64,000 nt of DNA from Octopus bimaculoides. Taxonomy: Eukaryota. The notes under the pieces were generated by a model, which did no database searches, was not told where the DNA came from, and was given only the letters and a program-made list of their open reading frames with translations. Made by a program: the position numbers and the translations under genes. The stretch's first letter is position 1. The number at the start of each line of letters is the position of its first letter. This document shows positions 38,596 to 51,809 of the stretch, one piece after another. The stretch is taken from positions 34,234,608 to 34,298,607 of the forward strand of contig NC_069004.1 of assembly GCF_001194135.2 (NCBI RefSeq), written 5' to 3'.

Positions 38596-39031
38596 GCATA
38601 CGCGATGAATAATATGCTATGTGTATATGTGTCTCTCTATATATTGTATTTGTGTATTATATCTATATATAATAGCTACAAACATACATACACATACATA
38701 TATGCAGATATGCACTATTGCATATTTGGACGTAAGGACAAAGGATTCCTAATATTTAATAACGTTGTACTTTGGGAAGTGGAGTTAAATAAATTTACAC
38801 ATTAATAACAAGCTTACACATAAAGCTGTGAGCTCGTCATTAATAATAATAATGATGATGATGATAATAATAATAAGGACGTTTGCATCTAAGATCGTAC
38901 ATGTATTCAAACGTAGAATGATAATTAAGAACACACAATGATATATAAATGGAAATTAAAATTTATTTTTTCCTAATATCCAAAGAGAATTTATCATAAG
39001 AGATAAAAGGAACGTATATATAGAGAACAAA

Positions 39032-39070
<39 letters not shown>

Positions 39071-39194
39071 TCACACACATTCTATCTCGCTCTTCTTTTC
39101 CACACTCCCTATAAACGATCTTGTACGATTCCCACTTAAGTGTCTCTTTTTATCCATTTCCTCGGAGTGTCGTTTTAAAATTAAAACACTGCGG

Positions 39195-39231
<37 letters not shown>

Positions 39232-39633
39232 TTTGAAGTTGGTGTGCGTGAGAAGTTCTTAGAGAAAGAGAGCTAGGAAGATAAAGTGAAGGAGAAAGCT
39301 TAAATGAAAAGAGGGAGAGAAAGAGAGGTGGCGAGTTAGATAGAGAGTGAGACGGGAAAGCGAGGGATGTACTTTCTTTTTTTTTTACCTCATTTATAAG
39401 CATTGAAGATCAAGCAACATGATATTAAGCCGATTAATCTGATTATGAGAACGTTTATATCTTGAGGGCGTGGGGAGTAGGAGGAGGGAAAGAAGCATAT
39501 AACACCCAAAACGCGCGCACACACACACACACACACACAATTCTATCACATACATACGCACGCATGTGTGTGTGTGTGTGTGTGCACGTATTTAAATCTT
39601 TGACTACGTACAAACACGCATACATACCTACAC

Positions 39634-39676
<43 letters not shown>

Positions 39677-40084
39677 CTATTCACAAAACTTTTCATCATG
39701 TGAAGTATGGGGGAGTGAAAGAGAAACGCACGCACATACATATATATCTATATACATCTATACATACACGCATTATTACGAACGTTCTTACACTCATACA
39801 CACACATGGCTACACACAAACGCAGACATGCACACATATATAGTCATACGCAAACACACACACTGCAGCCGAGCCAGTTACAAACATAATAAACATAAGA
39901 TCACCAACCATTTTCTGCTGGACCACGTCAGGCCACCGAGAGGGAGCCTTTATGTGGACGATGAATTAGCTAGAAATACCAGCCAACTCGTTCGAAAATT
40001 AACATCCTGTGAAGAACATATTAGGGAATGTAGTTGTACTGTATGCAAATAGGATAGGATGATCCCCATTGGAAAGCTTTAGAT

Positions 40085-40298
40085 CAATGATTTTCAACCA
40101 CTTTTTTGACCATAGACCCCTTTGGATTTTTATTTTTCTCATCTGTATCCCCGTAGCTACTTGATGTTAAAAATAAGTCCTACTTTTATAATTAAATATT
40201 AGGAATTGTAAGAAAATAATCTTAAAATATTTTGTGTGTCGTAAAACTATAACTAATTTATTGCAGATAAGTTTTAACAGCAAAATCTTACGCGGACC
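40085..40298 (+). mobile_element. Second copy of the same hAT MITE, right end disrupted
   Basis: Begins caatgattttcaacc. Shares internal blocks (ggattt.tattt..ctc...tgtatcccc; ttttaac..caaaatctta) with 49038-49285. Confidence 0.6.
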
Positions 40299-40978
40299 GT
40301 CTCCACACCCGGTGAGGTGAAGTGTTTTGCTCAAGAACACACGTACACGGATTTTTCTCTACTGAGAAGGTTTTGGTAAGATATCACAGCTATTCTGCGT
40401 ATCAGACCATATTTTCGTTTAGGGATTATTTCTATCGTCTGTATATACATACATATCCATTGAGTGTACAATCTCTGTATATATCAGAATATATACATCT
40501 TTATGTATATCTGGTCATCCATCTCAGTATTATCTCTATCTATTCCTCTGACTATATATCTATTTAACTGACTATAATAATAATATCACACACACAAAAA
40601 AAAAAAAGCCAAAACAAATGNNNNNNNNNNNNNNNNNNNNNNNNNNNNNNNNNNNNNNNNNNNNNNNNNNNNNNNNNNNNNNNNNNNNNNNNNNNNNNNN
40701 NNNNNNNNNNNNNNNNNNNNNNNNNNNNNNNNNNNNNNNNNNNNNNNNNNNNNNNNNNNNNNNNNNNNNNNNNNNNNNNNNNNNNNNNNNNNNNNNNNNN
40801 NNNNNNNNNNNNNNNNNNNNNNNNNNNNNNNNNNNNNNNNNNNNNNNNNNNNNNNNNNNNNNNNNNNNNNNNNNNNNNNNNNNNNNNNNNNNNNNNNNNN
40901 NNNNNNNTATATATATATATATATATATATATTTGTTTTGCAAGATTTTTGATGTGAAATCGTGTGTTGAAACAGATG

Positions 40979-41232
40979 TTGTTGTACTTGGGGATGGTCA
41001 TATTGCCAGTTTAGCCAATAAATACAAAATGGCTGATATTTAGCAAGGTGATATTTAGCAAGGAAGGAAACAAAGGACCACTGATGAGGTCAAAGAAGTG
41101 TGACGAAAGAACTCTGGCCGAAATAAGATTAAGATTAATGTAATATAAAGCTGAAGCAAATTAACACCAAATATACAGTGCGTGTGTTTTTATTGGCTAA
41201 ACTGGCAATATGACCATCCCCAAGTACAACAA
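40979..41232 (+). mobile_element. Penelope-like element terminus with a 44-bp inverted end
   Basis: 40979-41022 (ttgttgtacttggggatggtcatattgccagtttagccaataaa) is the exact reverse complement of 41189-41232. The 166-bp spacer carries a hammerhead motif. Ends in (TA)n. Confidence 0.7.
41075..41119 (+). ncRNA. Minimal type I hammerhead ribozyme motif (canonical core)
   Basis: Stem I gg(a)cca/tggcc, core CTGATGA (41081-41087), one extra G, stem II gtca-aagaagtg-tgac, GAAA (41105-41108), two-pair stem III AG-aa-CT, cleavage triplet CUC ending at 41114. Confidence 0.75.
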
Positions 41233-41384
41233 TATATATATATATATATACTTCACCACAAACACGTACCCAAGCAACTACGTATCGATCTGTGTTCATT
41301 TATCAAACTACATGTATGTGTAGGTTTATGAATGGGAATAGAGAAGGAATCTTCATACAAAGAATCTCACGCGATCTCAATTCC

Positions 41385-41535
41385 TTTCTCTCTCTCTATG
41401 TCTCTTTCTCTCTCTCTATGTCTCTTTCTCTCTCTCTATGTCTCTTTCTCTCTCTCTGTCTCTTTCTCTCTCTCTATGTCTCTTTCTCTCTCTCTATGTC
41501 TCNNNNNNNNNNTCTCTCTCTCTCTCTCTATGTCT
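41385..41535. repeat. ~20-bp minisatellite (tctctctctatgtctctttc)n
   Basis: Several tandem units are visible, interrupted by a short N run. Confidence 0.8.
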
Positions 41536-41547
41536 CTCTCTCTCACG

Positions 41548-41588
<41 letters not shown>

Positions 41589-41643
41589 AAACAAAGTGTA
41601 CTGCAGTCACACATGATGATGAAGAAGAAGCTTATCACATTAC

Positions 41644-41797
41644 CTGACTGAAGTCTCTTTGTCAATCATTTCAATCAAATTAAATGGTGAGTAGTTTAGG
41701 AAGCCATCGATGACGTATATAATACCATTACTGCAACCGATGGCGGGGTTGATCAGGTAGAGTCTCTGCATTCCAAATCCGGCATCGACATAGATAC
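41644..41797 (-). CDS. FAS1/fasciclin-domain protein, exon (end of FAS1 domain; phase 1->2)
   Basis: Acceptor tctttctctgacag, donor GTAATG. 154 nt encoding (G)[50 protein letters not shown](S). [13 protein letters not shown] is an H2-motif variant. Confidence 0.9.
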
Positions 41798-41889
41798 CTG
41801 TCAGAGAAAGACACGGATAAATACAAGGATTACAGACAAACGAAAACAGTCACGAAGCTCGCTACGACTCCCTCTCTATTGTTTTCGAC

Positions 41890-41903
41890 TTTTTGGCATG
41901 TAC

Positions 41904-41948
<45 letters not shown>

Positions 41949-42182
41949 TGTATATGCATATATATGTATGCATGTATATGCATATATATATATATATGCA
42001 TGTATATGCATGTATATATGCATATATATATATGCATATATATATGCATGTATATGCATATATATATGCAAGTATGCATATATATACGTGTGCATATGTA
42101 TATATACACACATACACCCGCAGCGAATATATAGTTACGAGTATACATGCATATTTAACATACATAAGCATATCTATGTGTT

Positions 42183-42270
<88 letters not shown>

Positions 42271-42385
42271 GGCATATATCTATATATGTATATGTATATA
42301 TACATATATATATGTGTATATATATGAATATATGTAGGGGTGTATATATGTGTATGTATGTATGTATATATATATATATATGCGT
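41890..42385. repeat. (AT)n/(ATGC)-rich compound microsatellite
   Basis: Directly visible. Confidence 0.85.
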
Positions 42386-42715
42386 ATGCACTAAGAGGTG
42401 TATCTGTAAGTGACCATATGCATAGAAATATATGCATGTACATTTGTGTGTAAATGCATAGACATATGTACATATGTGAATGAATTTTGCAATGTCGTGT
42501 TTGTTAACTATCTTATTCACTCTTTCTGTTTATTTTTTTTTTCAATATATTATTATTATCATTATTTTATTTTCCGTATTTATTTACTAGGCCAGTTTGT
42601 TTTCTATGAATAAACATGTTGACAAATGCAAAAAATAGAAAAAAAAAATGAACCAGAATGGCAGCTGCCACTAAAACTGCAACAACAAAAAAATGCAGGA
42701 TTGCAATATCAGCAA

Positions 42716-42754
<39 letters not shown>

Positions 42755-42759
42755 CATCC

Positions 42760-42970
42760 TTTCTACTGGAAGCACAAGGCCTCAAATTTGGGTGAAGGGA
42801 TAAAGTCGTTTAAATCTACCCCATTGTATAAACTGGTACTAATTTTATCTACCCCGAAAGGATGAGAGTCAAAGTTGACCTCGGCGGAATCTGAAGTCAG
42901 TACGTTGCGGCAGACGAAATACCGCTAAGCATTTCACCCGGTATGCTAATGATTCTGCCAGCTCGCCGCC

Positions 42971-43006
<36 letters not shown>

Positions 43007-43115
43007 TCAAGTTCAATACATCGACCCCAGTGCTCAAATGGTACTTATTTTATCGACCGAGGTGGAATTTGAACTCAAACCGTAAAGGCCGTGCTAACGA
43101 TTCTGCTAGCTTCCC
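42760..43115 (-). mobile_element. SINE of the dominant family plus an adjacent partial copy, embedded in (AAT)n
   Basis: 42760-42970 is a full copy (ggcggcgagctggcagaatc on -); 43015-43115 is an internally deleted copy. Confidence 0.8.
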
Positions 43116-43385
43116 GCATTAACAACAGATGAAAGAGTAAAAAAGAAAAAAAAGAAAAAGAAAGCACTGCTTTGCCGTACATAACATCGTGCATAACACA
43201 TACGATAGTGGTCGATGCTGCTTCTCTGTGGTGGATCGGCTTTTGACAATCGACAGCAAAAATAGCACCGACTAAAAGAGCTATCGGCCAGACTCAGTTG
43301 CACAGCGTAAATACAGTGTTAAACCTAAGACACGACTTGAACATATGATGCAGGAGCCGTGCTCAGCTCTACAGTAAAATCCCTG

Positions 43386-43421
<36 letters not shown>

Positions 43422-43574
43422 AAATAATCTCCGAATAAAATTTCCTTCATCAACGAGGTCGTACCAGGATGTTGGCGTTGTTTGTTTTTCTTTAGACTCT
43501 GTTATAGCCAGAGATAGCTGTCCATTGGTTAATTGTTTTCCAGACATAACCAGTCTGTCACAACAATCCCGCCT

Positions 43575-43611
<37 letters not shown>

Positions 43612-44409
43612 CCCTTCTCTCCCCTTCCCTCATCACCCTCTCTTCGTCTCTCTCTCTCTCTCTCTCTCTCATCCTACCAGAACTTTGCAAAGAAAGTTAT
43701 AAAACAGATACAGAGGGGAAGATGAAGAAATAAAGAACAGGAGAGAATAAGAGAATGAATATGATAGAAAGCGTGTCCGGGGTCGAACGGAGAGAGAAAG
43801 AAGGCCGGATGTTGTTTATAATCAATGTCGTCTGGCTCTCAATATATTTCCTCTCGTATGGTGGCGTCAGTGTCGTTTGGTGTCACTCTTTGGCCGAATG
43901 TCAGAAAAATAGATACCAGGTCGATGACCAGTTTATGAGAGAAACTCTACGTGGTCGCTTTACTTGCTAGAAACAGCATACAAATGTCTCCCAAATTACA
44001 GTTTCTGGTTTTAAGAAACAGGACGGTATGCATATGGCTGCAACTACATTGATAATAAGTCTATCTGATTATGACTGAACTATGGCTAAATAACTACAAT
44101 GAGGAGGTTCACTTCGAGGTTGTTAGGGAATGCTATTTCTAGCATGTTGTCCAACTTCCTAGAAATAGAACTCAAATTTCTCTCAACTCAGATGCTGCTA
44201 TTTTAAATCGGGATCTCACACAATATGCTATGAAATCCTCTTTATAGAAACGAAAGAGAGCGTCAGGACTGAAGGAACTTTCATCATAGGTCATCTCGTT
44301 CGTGGCTAGCCTGGGGCTAAAACAGGAACAGCAGCCATGTTTAATTACAGACATACGTCTTTGTTAATGAATAATTAATGATAATCAATGGCGTTGTTGG
44401 AATAAAATT

Positions 44410-44453
<44 letters not shown>

Positions 44454-44521
44454 ATACATATGAGAAAGAGGGAATAGTCAGAAAGCATTTTTTTCAAGAT
44501 GAACATTATTTCTAGGACGAA

Positions 44522-44715
44522 GTGGCGGGGTGCCAGAATCCTTATAGCACCGGATAAAAGGTCACGGTTGTTTTCATTCTGAGTTCAAATGACGGAGTTT
44601 AAATTTGCCATTTATTCCTCCAAAGTCAGTGAAGAATCAGCCAAGTACTTGAGTCAATGATATTAACTACTCGCCTCTCCTAAACATTGCTGGCTCTGTG
44701 CCAAAATTAGAAACT
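44522..44715 (+). mobile_element. SINE, dominant family, diverged
   Basis: ggcggggtgccagaatcc...ttctgagttcaaat...gtgccaaaattagaaac. Confidence 0.6.
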
Positions 44716-45196
44716 GATAAGTATTTTTATCATAGAGACAAGATCACATATTTAGTGGAAAGAACCATCGATTACATCGACCGTGGAACTGGAAATAAAT
44801 GGTAAAATTTACTTAGGGAACTTGTGGTGTTCAAACCCCCATCCATTCAGGGCAATAGTTATTTTTTTTTGTTTTACAAAATGTTATAAATTTACGGGTA
44901 GAGAACAATGAAATATATCGCCTTCGTAATAAAAACGGGTGGCTCTTTTATCGAGACCTGAAGGATGAAAGATGAATTCGACCTCTGCCAGATTTGAACA
45001 CCGAACGTAACTAAATACAGTGTTAATCTGTGTATCCCTACGATATATCTTCTTTGACGCGCACACATACAGATTGCGATGTTGTTATATGGCCTGTACC
45101 ATGTACATCACGTCTTTCACTCACATAAACACATCAAACACATCTGTACACCTATATACACCTTCGACACACTCCATACATGCATACTGATACATA

Positions 45197-45240
<44 letters not shown>

Positions 45241-45440
45241 GTGTGTGGGGGGGGAATAAACAAACAAACAAGCAAGCAATCTGTAGTTTAGTATTCAGCA
45301 AGATATGGCTACCAAATCTTCAATACTGAATTCCAAGCACGGTATACTGTAAATCCGCCATTAAAATCCGTCTTGCATTACCATTCTATCTGTCTGTCTG
45401 TTTATCTACCTATCTATCTACCCACTTATCTCGCACAAAG

Positions 45441-45488
<48 letters not shown>

Positions 45489-46847
45489 GAATGTATGTAT
45501 ATATATCTTTTTCTCTCCTTTCTTTATATATCAGTCTACTGTGTTTCCTCGCTCCCCATCCTCGCCTCTTCTGTGTTCTCCATCTTAGAAAAAGATATTC
45601 AAAGTGAGATGGATTTCACTACAGATCATCGATTATCATGGATAAAACAAATATATGGAAGGTTGATGTTGCTATTGGTGGTGATGCTGCTGATGGTGAT
45701 AATGATATGTATATAGAAAGAGTACATAACCTGTGTAGCAATGACACGAATGCGACGATGGTNNNNNNNNNNNNNNNNNNNNNNNNNNNNNNNNNNNNNN
45801 NNNNNNNNNNNNNNNNNNNNNNNNNNNNNNNNNNNNNNNNNNNNNNNNNNNNNNNNNNNNNNNNNNNNNNNNNNNNNNNNNNNNNNNNNNNNNNNNNNNN
45901 NNNNNNNNNNNNNNNNNNNNNNNNNNNNNNNNNNNNNNNNNNNNNNNNNNNNNNNNNNNNNNNNNNNNNNNNNNNNNNNNNNNNNNNNNNNNNNNNNNNN
46001 NNNNNNNNNNNNNNNNNNNNNNNNNNNNNNNNNNNNNNNNNNNNNNNNNNNNNNNNNNNNNNNNNNNNNNNNNNNNNNNNNNNNNNNNNNNNNNNNNNNN
46101 NNNNNNNNNNNNNNNNNNNNNNNNNNNNNNNNNNNNNNNNNNNNNNNNNNNNNNNNNNNNNNNNNNNNNNNNNNNNNNNNNNNNNNNNNNNNNNNNNNNN
46201 NNNNNNNNNNNNNNNNNNNNNNNNNNNNNNNNNNNNNNNNNNNNNNNNNNNNNNNNNNNNNNNNNNNNNNNNNNNNNNNNNNNNNNNNNNNNNNNNNNNN
46301 NNNNNNNNNNNNNNNNNNNNNNNNNNNNNNNNNNNNNNNNNNNNNNNNNNNNNNNNNTATATATATCCAAATTGAATGAGTGGAACAGACGAAATCCAGG
46401 CTACATATGCTTCCTAGCTAGCAGATCTTCTGGTATATTACTCAACGAGGTGTACTCAGCTAGATACTTCCTACACGTCCATGAATCTTTCAATTACAAA
46501 TCAATAGTATATACGATTATGTGTGTGTGTGCATGCGTGCGCGTGGGTTTATATATGTATGTATAATGCCATTATTTGACCGAACAGATAACACAAGCAA
46601 GTTGTCAATGTACTGAAATACCGATTTGGTTCAACTCGGTGACGCTGTTCAACTCGAAATGGCAGAATCGTTACCGCGCCGGACAAAATTGTATAGCGAC
46701 ATTTCTTCCGGTTTTATGCTATTCTGTAAAATTCTACCGGGTTCGAGTCGCTCCGAGAAGGAAAAAATCAATAACAGCGAAAACACTACAGACGACTACC
46801 ACTGCAAAAATAACATCTATGACGATGATAATCCATAAGATTTAAAG

Positions 46848-47135
46848 GGTAAAAAGCCCCTTGGGTCACGAATGACCATGGGATTGTACCTAGAAAGCTT
46901 ACCCCCGAGACACAAGTACAGGCAGGGTTGTTTCTGGAAGACCCTCAGTTGCTCATGCATACCATGTCACCGATCTTACCCAAGGGAAAGGCAAAGGGGC
47001 CGATACAGCTTGACACCAGTGACGTCGCAACTCATTTCTACAGCTGAGTGAACCCACAGCCAAGTCCGGGAATTAAACTCACTACCTCATGATTGTGAGC
47101 CCGAAGCTCTAACCATTGAGCCATTCGCCTTCACA
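46848..47135 (-). mobile_element. tRNA-headed SINE with an RTE-related body
   Basis: Head gtgaaggcgaatggctcaatggttagagc...gagtttaattcccgg. The body (gaccatgggattgtacctagaaag...gggttgtttctggaagacc on +) resembles the RTE-derived segment of bipartite SINEs. Lies 33 nt into the intron after the 47168 donor. Confidence 0.7.
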
Positions 47136-47167
47136 TAAGATTAGGTTATTGAAATGACTTTACTTAC

Positions 47168-47297
47168 CACCGATGTTATTCCGGAAGATTTTGAAGGAGA
47201 TATTAAATTGGTTTTTGATGACACATTTTTTCCTTAATCTTGAACGCAGGTACTTCCAGTCCAGGCGTGAATTCTGCACCACGTGACCTGCAAATAT
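47168..47297 (-). CDS. FAS1/fasciclin-domain protein, exon (middle of FAS1 domain; phase 0->1)
   Basis: Acceptor ttttcttttccccag, donor GTAAGT. 130 nt encoding IFAGHVVQNSRLDWKYLRSRLRKKCVIKNQFNISFKIFRNNIG. HVV matches the FAS1 YH(V/I) motif. Phase is compatible on both sides. Confidence 0.88.
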
Positions 47298-47715
47298 CTG
47301 GGGAAAAGAAAAATAGTTATTAAATAACAAATAAAAGTTTACAAAGAATATGATTTATTTTACCTAAATAGAAGTAAAAACGAAACAAAATTATAGTCCA
47401 AAACATGTGCTTCACGTTTGAGAAGAGACTTTCTATACAGCAACTTAAGTGGCTAGAAATGGCAGCAAGATATCATCAGTCAGGTTTACATTATATAAGG
47501 GAGCAAGAAATTCTACACAAGCACTCCGCTATGAGTACATTGCATCCTGCAGCGGAAACCTCTGTAAGCTAGTGGATTTCGTAACATAATTTCTTGTTCC
47601 CTTGTCGTTCATTTAATTCCTTATTACTGCTCTGTACTTGACTAACTCTTCTATAACGTGCGTATATTGAATTTTAATTCCAGATTATTAGTATCGCTAG
47701 CCTAAGCGAAATATC

Positions 47716-47798
<83 letters not shown>

Positions 47799-49037
47799 TG
47801 TGTGGGGGTGTATAGTAAATGGAAGGAGATGGTTTATGCAGTACATGGTGTAGAATTTGTTCACATATTTATTTAAGCTGTGGATTTAGTCGTTACTCGA
47901 TTTTCACGCTGTGCACACTTTCATTTAGATTGCAAGATCGCGGAAACTCGAGCGTCAAACTCCAGTTGCGCGGAGCCCCGCTTTTAACATGCGTATGCGT
48001 CTGGGCGCATGGGCGAGTGTGTGTGTGTGTTGTGGATGTTTTGATAACTGGTTTTTACGTTATTATTCCTACATTAATAATTCGATTGCGAAATATTTCT
48101 CGTTGAATTCATAAACAGCAAACAACCACCTGCAAGTAATTCGTTCAAATCATTTTTAAGGGCTGCCCACATCTGTCGATCTTACGATCTGTCTGTCTCG
48201 GAAAATAGATTTTTCCAGAACCTGGTTTCCATATATTGACAGATAAATGCAGATTAGTGTGCAAATATGACGTTACATAATTCAAACCAGCTGGTCTCCT
48301 TCTGTATTGCATAGTTATATTTAGTTATGAAGTGATATATGGATATATATACATACACGCACGCGTATTTATATTCAAATGAATATGTATGCAGGTATTG
48401 GAAATTTTAACGTGTAGCACACTCACACACATATATGTAATCATATATACAAGCGTATGTGTGTATGTGTATATGTTTGTGTGTTGGTGTAATCCTATAC
48501 ACATGTATATATAACCACATATACATACATTTGTGGGTGTATGTATTAGTTCAATGCAAATACCACAAATATCTGAGCTTTTAGACAATCAAGCAGAAAT
48601 TTCACCAGGAATAGTTGAATCCTTCAAACATTGATGAAGATACATGTCCAAGTGTTTAGAATGTTCACTCACGATCGTGAGTTCGATTCCAGGACCAAGC
48701 AGTATGTTATACCCTTGTTTAAAACACTTCATTTCACGTTGCTCCAATTTCCTCATATCTGTATAAATAATCCTTCGACGGTCTGGCGTCTCGTCCAGGG
48801 ACGGTATTATTATCCTGGTGACCAACACTTTGAGTCCTCGGACTCATGACAGTAATATACTGGAGAGTCAATTTACATTGCTTTTTTTCCCCCGACTGAT
48901 ATTCTAAAATCTTATGAGAAATATCCACAATCTCCGACCTGGTATTCCTTTAGAAGTGATTGTTCCGACTTCCATAGTCACAATTCAGAGTCTATTCCAG
49001 GTCATCCTTACCCATAACCTCCAATATCCCTCAACAG

Positions 49038-49285
49038 CAGTGGTTCTTAACGCTTTTCACCTATGACCTCTGGATTTCTATTTTCCTCTATTGGATCCCC
49101 ATAACCATTCGATGATTAAAAACTCCCATTAAATTTTTATACTTAAAATTACATCAAGTTTTATATGAAAATTTTTTACAAATATCTTGTATACTGTACA
49201 AGCATAAGCTTTTTATTGCTCATAAATTTTAACAAAATCTTATATAGACCTTGAAGGTCATGTGGACCCCGGTTGAGAACCAAAG
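49038..49285. mobile_element. hAT (Charlie-like) MITE with 8-bp target-site duplication
   Basis: TIRs cagtggttcttaac / ggttgagaaccaaag. Flanks ctcaacag (49030-49037) and ctctacag (49286-49293) match at 7/8 positions. Confidence 0.8.
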
Positions 49286-50058
49286 CTCTACAGAAAGAAG
49301 GGGTTGCGTTCTACAGATCGTATTATCTAGTATTGGTAGAATGCAGCAGGGCCCTGACGAAGGTTCTAGTAACTTCAATCGGAATGATACTTTACAAATT
49401 AATACGACACAAGAAAAAAAAAAATAGATAAACCTATTTTAAACTAAAATAAAGACATATGTAATAATATGTAAGGAATGCATAAGAAATAGTAATAAAA
49501 TATTGATAATGTTTAATGCAAAAGAGAAAAGCTCGGATAAAACAATGGGAGAAAGAAAATGTCTTTCTTTGTTCGTGTTAGAAATTCGGCAGAGAAAGTG
49601 TAACGTGTGAGTGATGGTAGAGATGAGAGAGTGACGATAAAAGGGAGAATATTTGAATTGTAAAAAAATGTAGCTAAATGGATATGGCGCTGTGTGTTAT
49701 TTCATTGAAGTTGGCGTTTAGGTGTATGTGCACGCAGGCGAGCGTTTTTGTGCTCGTTATACGTATGCATATATGGATGCATGTACATAAGTATTTATGC
49801 ATTTATGTACATATATGCACACACACACGTATATATATTTGTGTGTGTAAGACTCTGGGAGACAGAAGCATCGAGGGGAAAGAAAAAAATGTGGTGTGAC
49901 AGAGAGATATAAATAAAGACAGTTAAGAGAGATGTTACTTTAATGAACGACTTTGTGGATGTCATACAAAATTGTCAATGCAATTTTCGTTTGTTTCTGC
50001 CTCTTTTGTGTTTCGATCTTATTCGTTCATTCTTCGTGTGTGTGTGTATGCATGTGTG

Positions 50059-50125
<67 letters not shown>

Positions 50126-50624
50126 ATAGTGTGAGTGTATATGTTTATACATTTCTATTTGACTTCCATTTTTCACTGATCTTGTAAGGGTTAATATGAC
50201 CGCTGAAATAGAAATTATTTGCGTCGTACACACGAACGCATAATTATAAACGTGCACATACACGCGCGCGTGCGCGTCTCTGTGTGTGGGGGTGTGAATG
50301 CAGTATGGGTGAATAGTTAAGAATTCCGATTGAAAACTACGAGGTCCAGGGTTCGATTTCTCAGCATAGTATTTTGAGCAAGTGTCATTTTTATAACCTC
50401 GAGTTACCTCATATTTTGTGAGAGAAAACGGATCGACGGAGACTGTATAGAATCCTGTTGGATAGATCATGTTGCATTCATTCTGCCTGAGAATTAAAGA
50501 AAGGGTGGACGCATATGGAATATTCAACCGCGCGCACACACACAGGTACAAATATGTAATTGTGTGTGTGTGTATGTATGCACACAAATGCACACATACA
50601 TATATATATATATATATATGTAAT

Positions 50625-50790
50625 CTTTCAGTCACTAGACTGCGGCCATGCTGGGGCACCACCTTCAATTTTAATCGAATGAGTCGGCCCCTAGTATTAA
50701 TTTTATTAAAGCCTGGTACTTATTTTATTGGGTCTCTTATGTCGAACTGCTAATTGACGGAGTGGTAAACATACCGACACTGGTTGCCAA
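50625..50790 (+). mobile_element. SINE-like repeat, third family (cagtcatt.gactgcggccatgctgg.gcacc)
   Basis: Homologous diverged copies at about 6960-7105 (+), 11790-11960 (-) and 4450-4600 (-). Confidence 0.7.
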
Positions 50791-51269
50791 CTGGTGGTGG
50801 TGATGGTGGGGAGAGGAACACAGTCAAACACACACGCACATATATTGAGTTTCGTTTATCCTGTTTGTTCTACTAAACATACACCACATGTAGAAGCATA
50901 CCTACATGTATGTCCATGTGTACAGAACTATATTCAATACAGAGATAAGAAAAAAAAACTAAGTCTTGTGTATATAAAGAATAACAACAAAAACACAAAA
51001 TAAAGCCCCACCCCCATCCAACACCACCACAAACCCACCCCCGAAAAGCAATAAATGCAAGAAGTCAGAAAGCCAAAACATTTGGAGCCAGGAGTTAATC
51101 TCAATAAGCCAAGGCTTCCATCTGCAATAAAATTTAATTGAAAGATCATCTTACATCAATAACTAAATGGATGACAAGATTTTGTTTTCATCCTATTTTC
51201 ACAAAAAGTGGTCGATCTTCCTAAAATTACACTTAACAATATATTACTTCGTTCAGAGTTCGAAACTTA

Positions 51270-51805
51270 CTGGGGCCGTTTTTGTCTCTCTCTTCCTCAC
51301 GTTCTGAATTCAACTTTCGCCGAGGTCCACTTTGCCGTTTATCCTTTCGGAATCAATAAATTAAGTACCAGTTACGCACTGGGGTCGATGCAATCGACTT
51401 ATTCCCTTCCCCAAGCTGCCCTTGTGGCAAAAATTTGAAATCATTGTTAGCACACCATATAAAATGTTTAACGGTATTTGTTCCGTCCTTCCGTTCTGAG
51501 TTCAAATTCCGCTGAGGTCTATTTTGCCCTTCATCCTTTCGGGGTCGATCTAATCGACCAGCTGAGAACACAGACTTTGTTGTCATCGGATACCGATCGA
51601 TTATCTACCTAGCAATCAACCAGACCCCTCCCACAAAATTTCAGGCCTTGTGCCTATAGTAGAATGGATTATTATTATTGATGGGCTGAGTTCAAATATC
51701 TTTTCAAGGCCAATAAATCAAATACCAGTGAAACACTGGGGTCGATGTTATCGACTCATCCCTTGCCCCCAAATTACTGCCCTTGTGTCAAAAATTGAAA
51801 CCATT
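51270..51805 (+). mobile_element. Dense cluster of 3-4 partial dominant-family SINEs
   Basis: Repeated gttctgagttcaa / ggggtcgat / aagtaccag / cccttgtg..aaaa.ttgaaa blocks. Confidence 0.75.
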
Positions 51806-51809
51806 ATTA

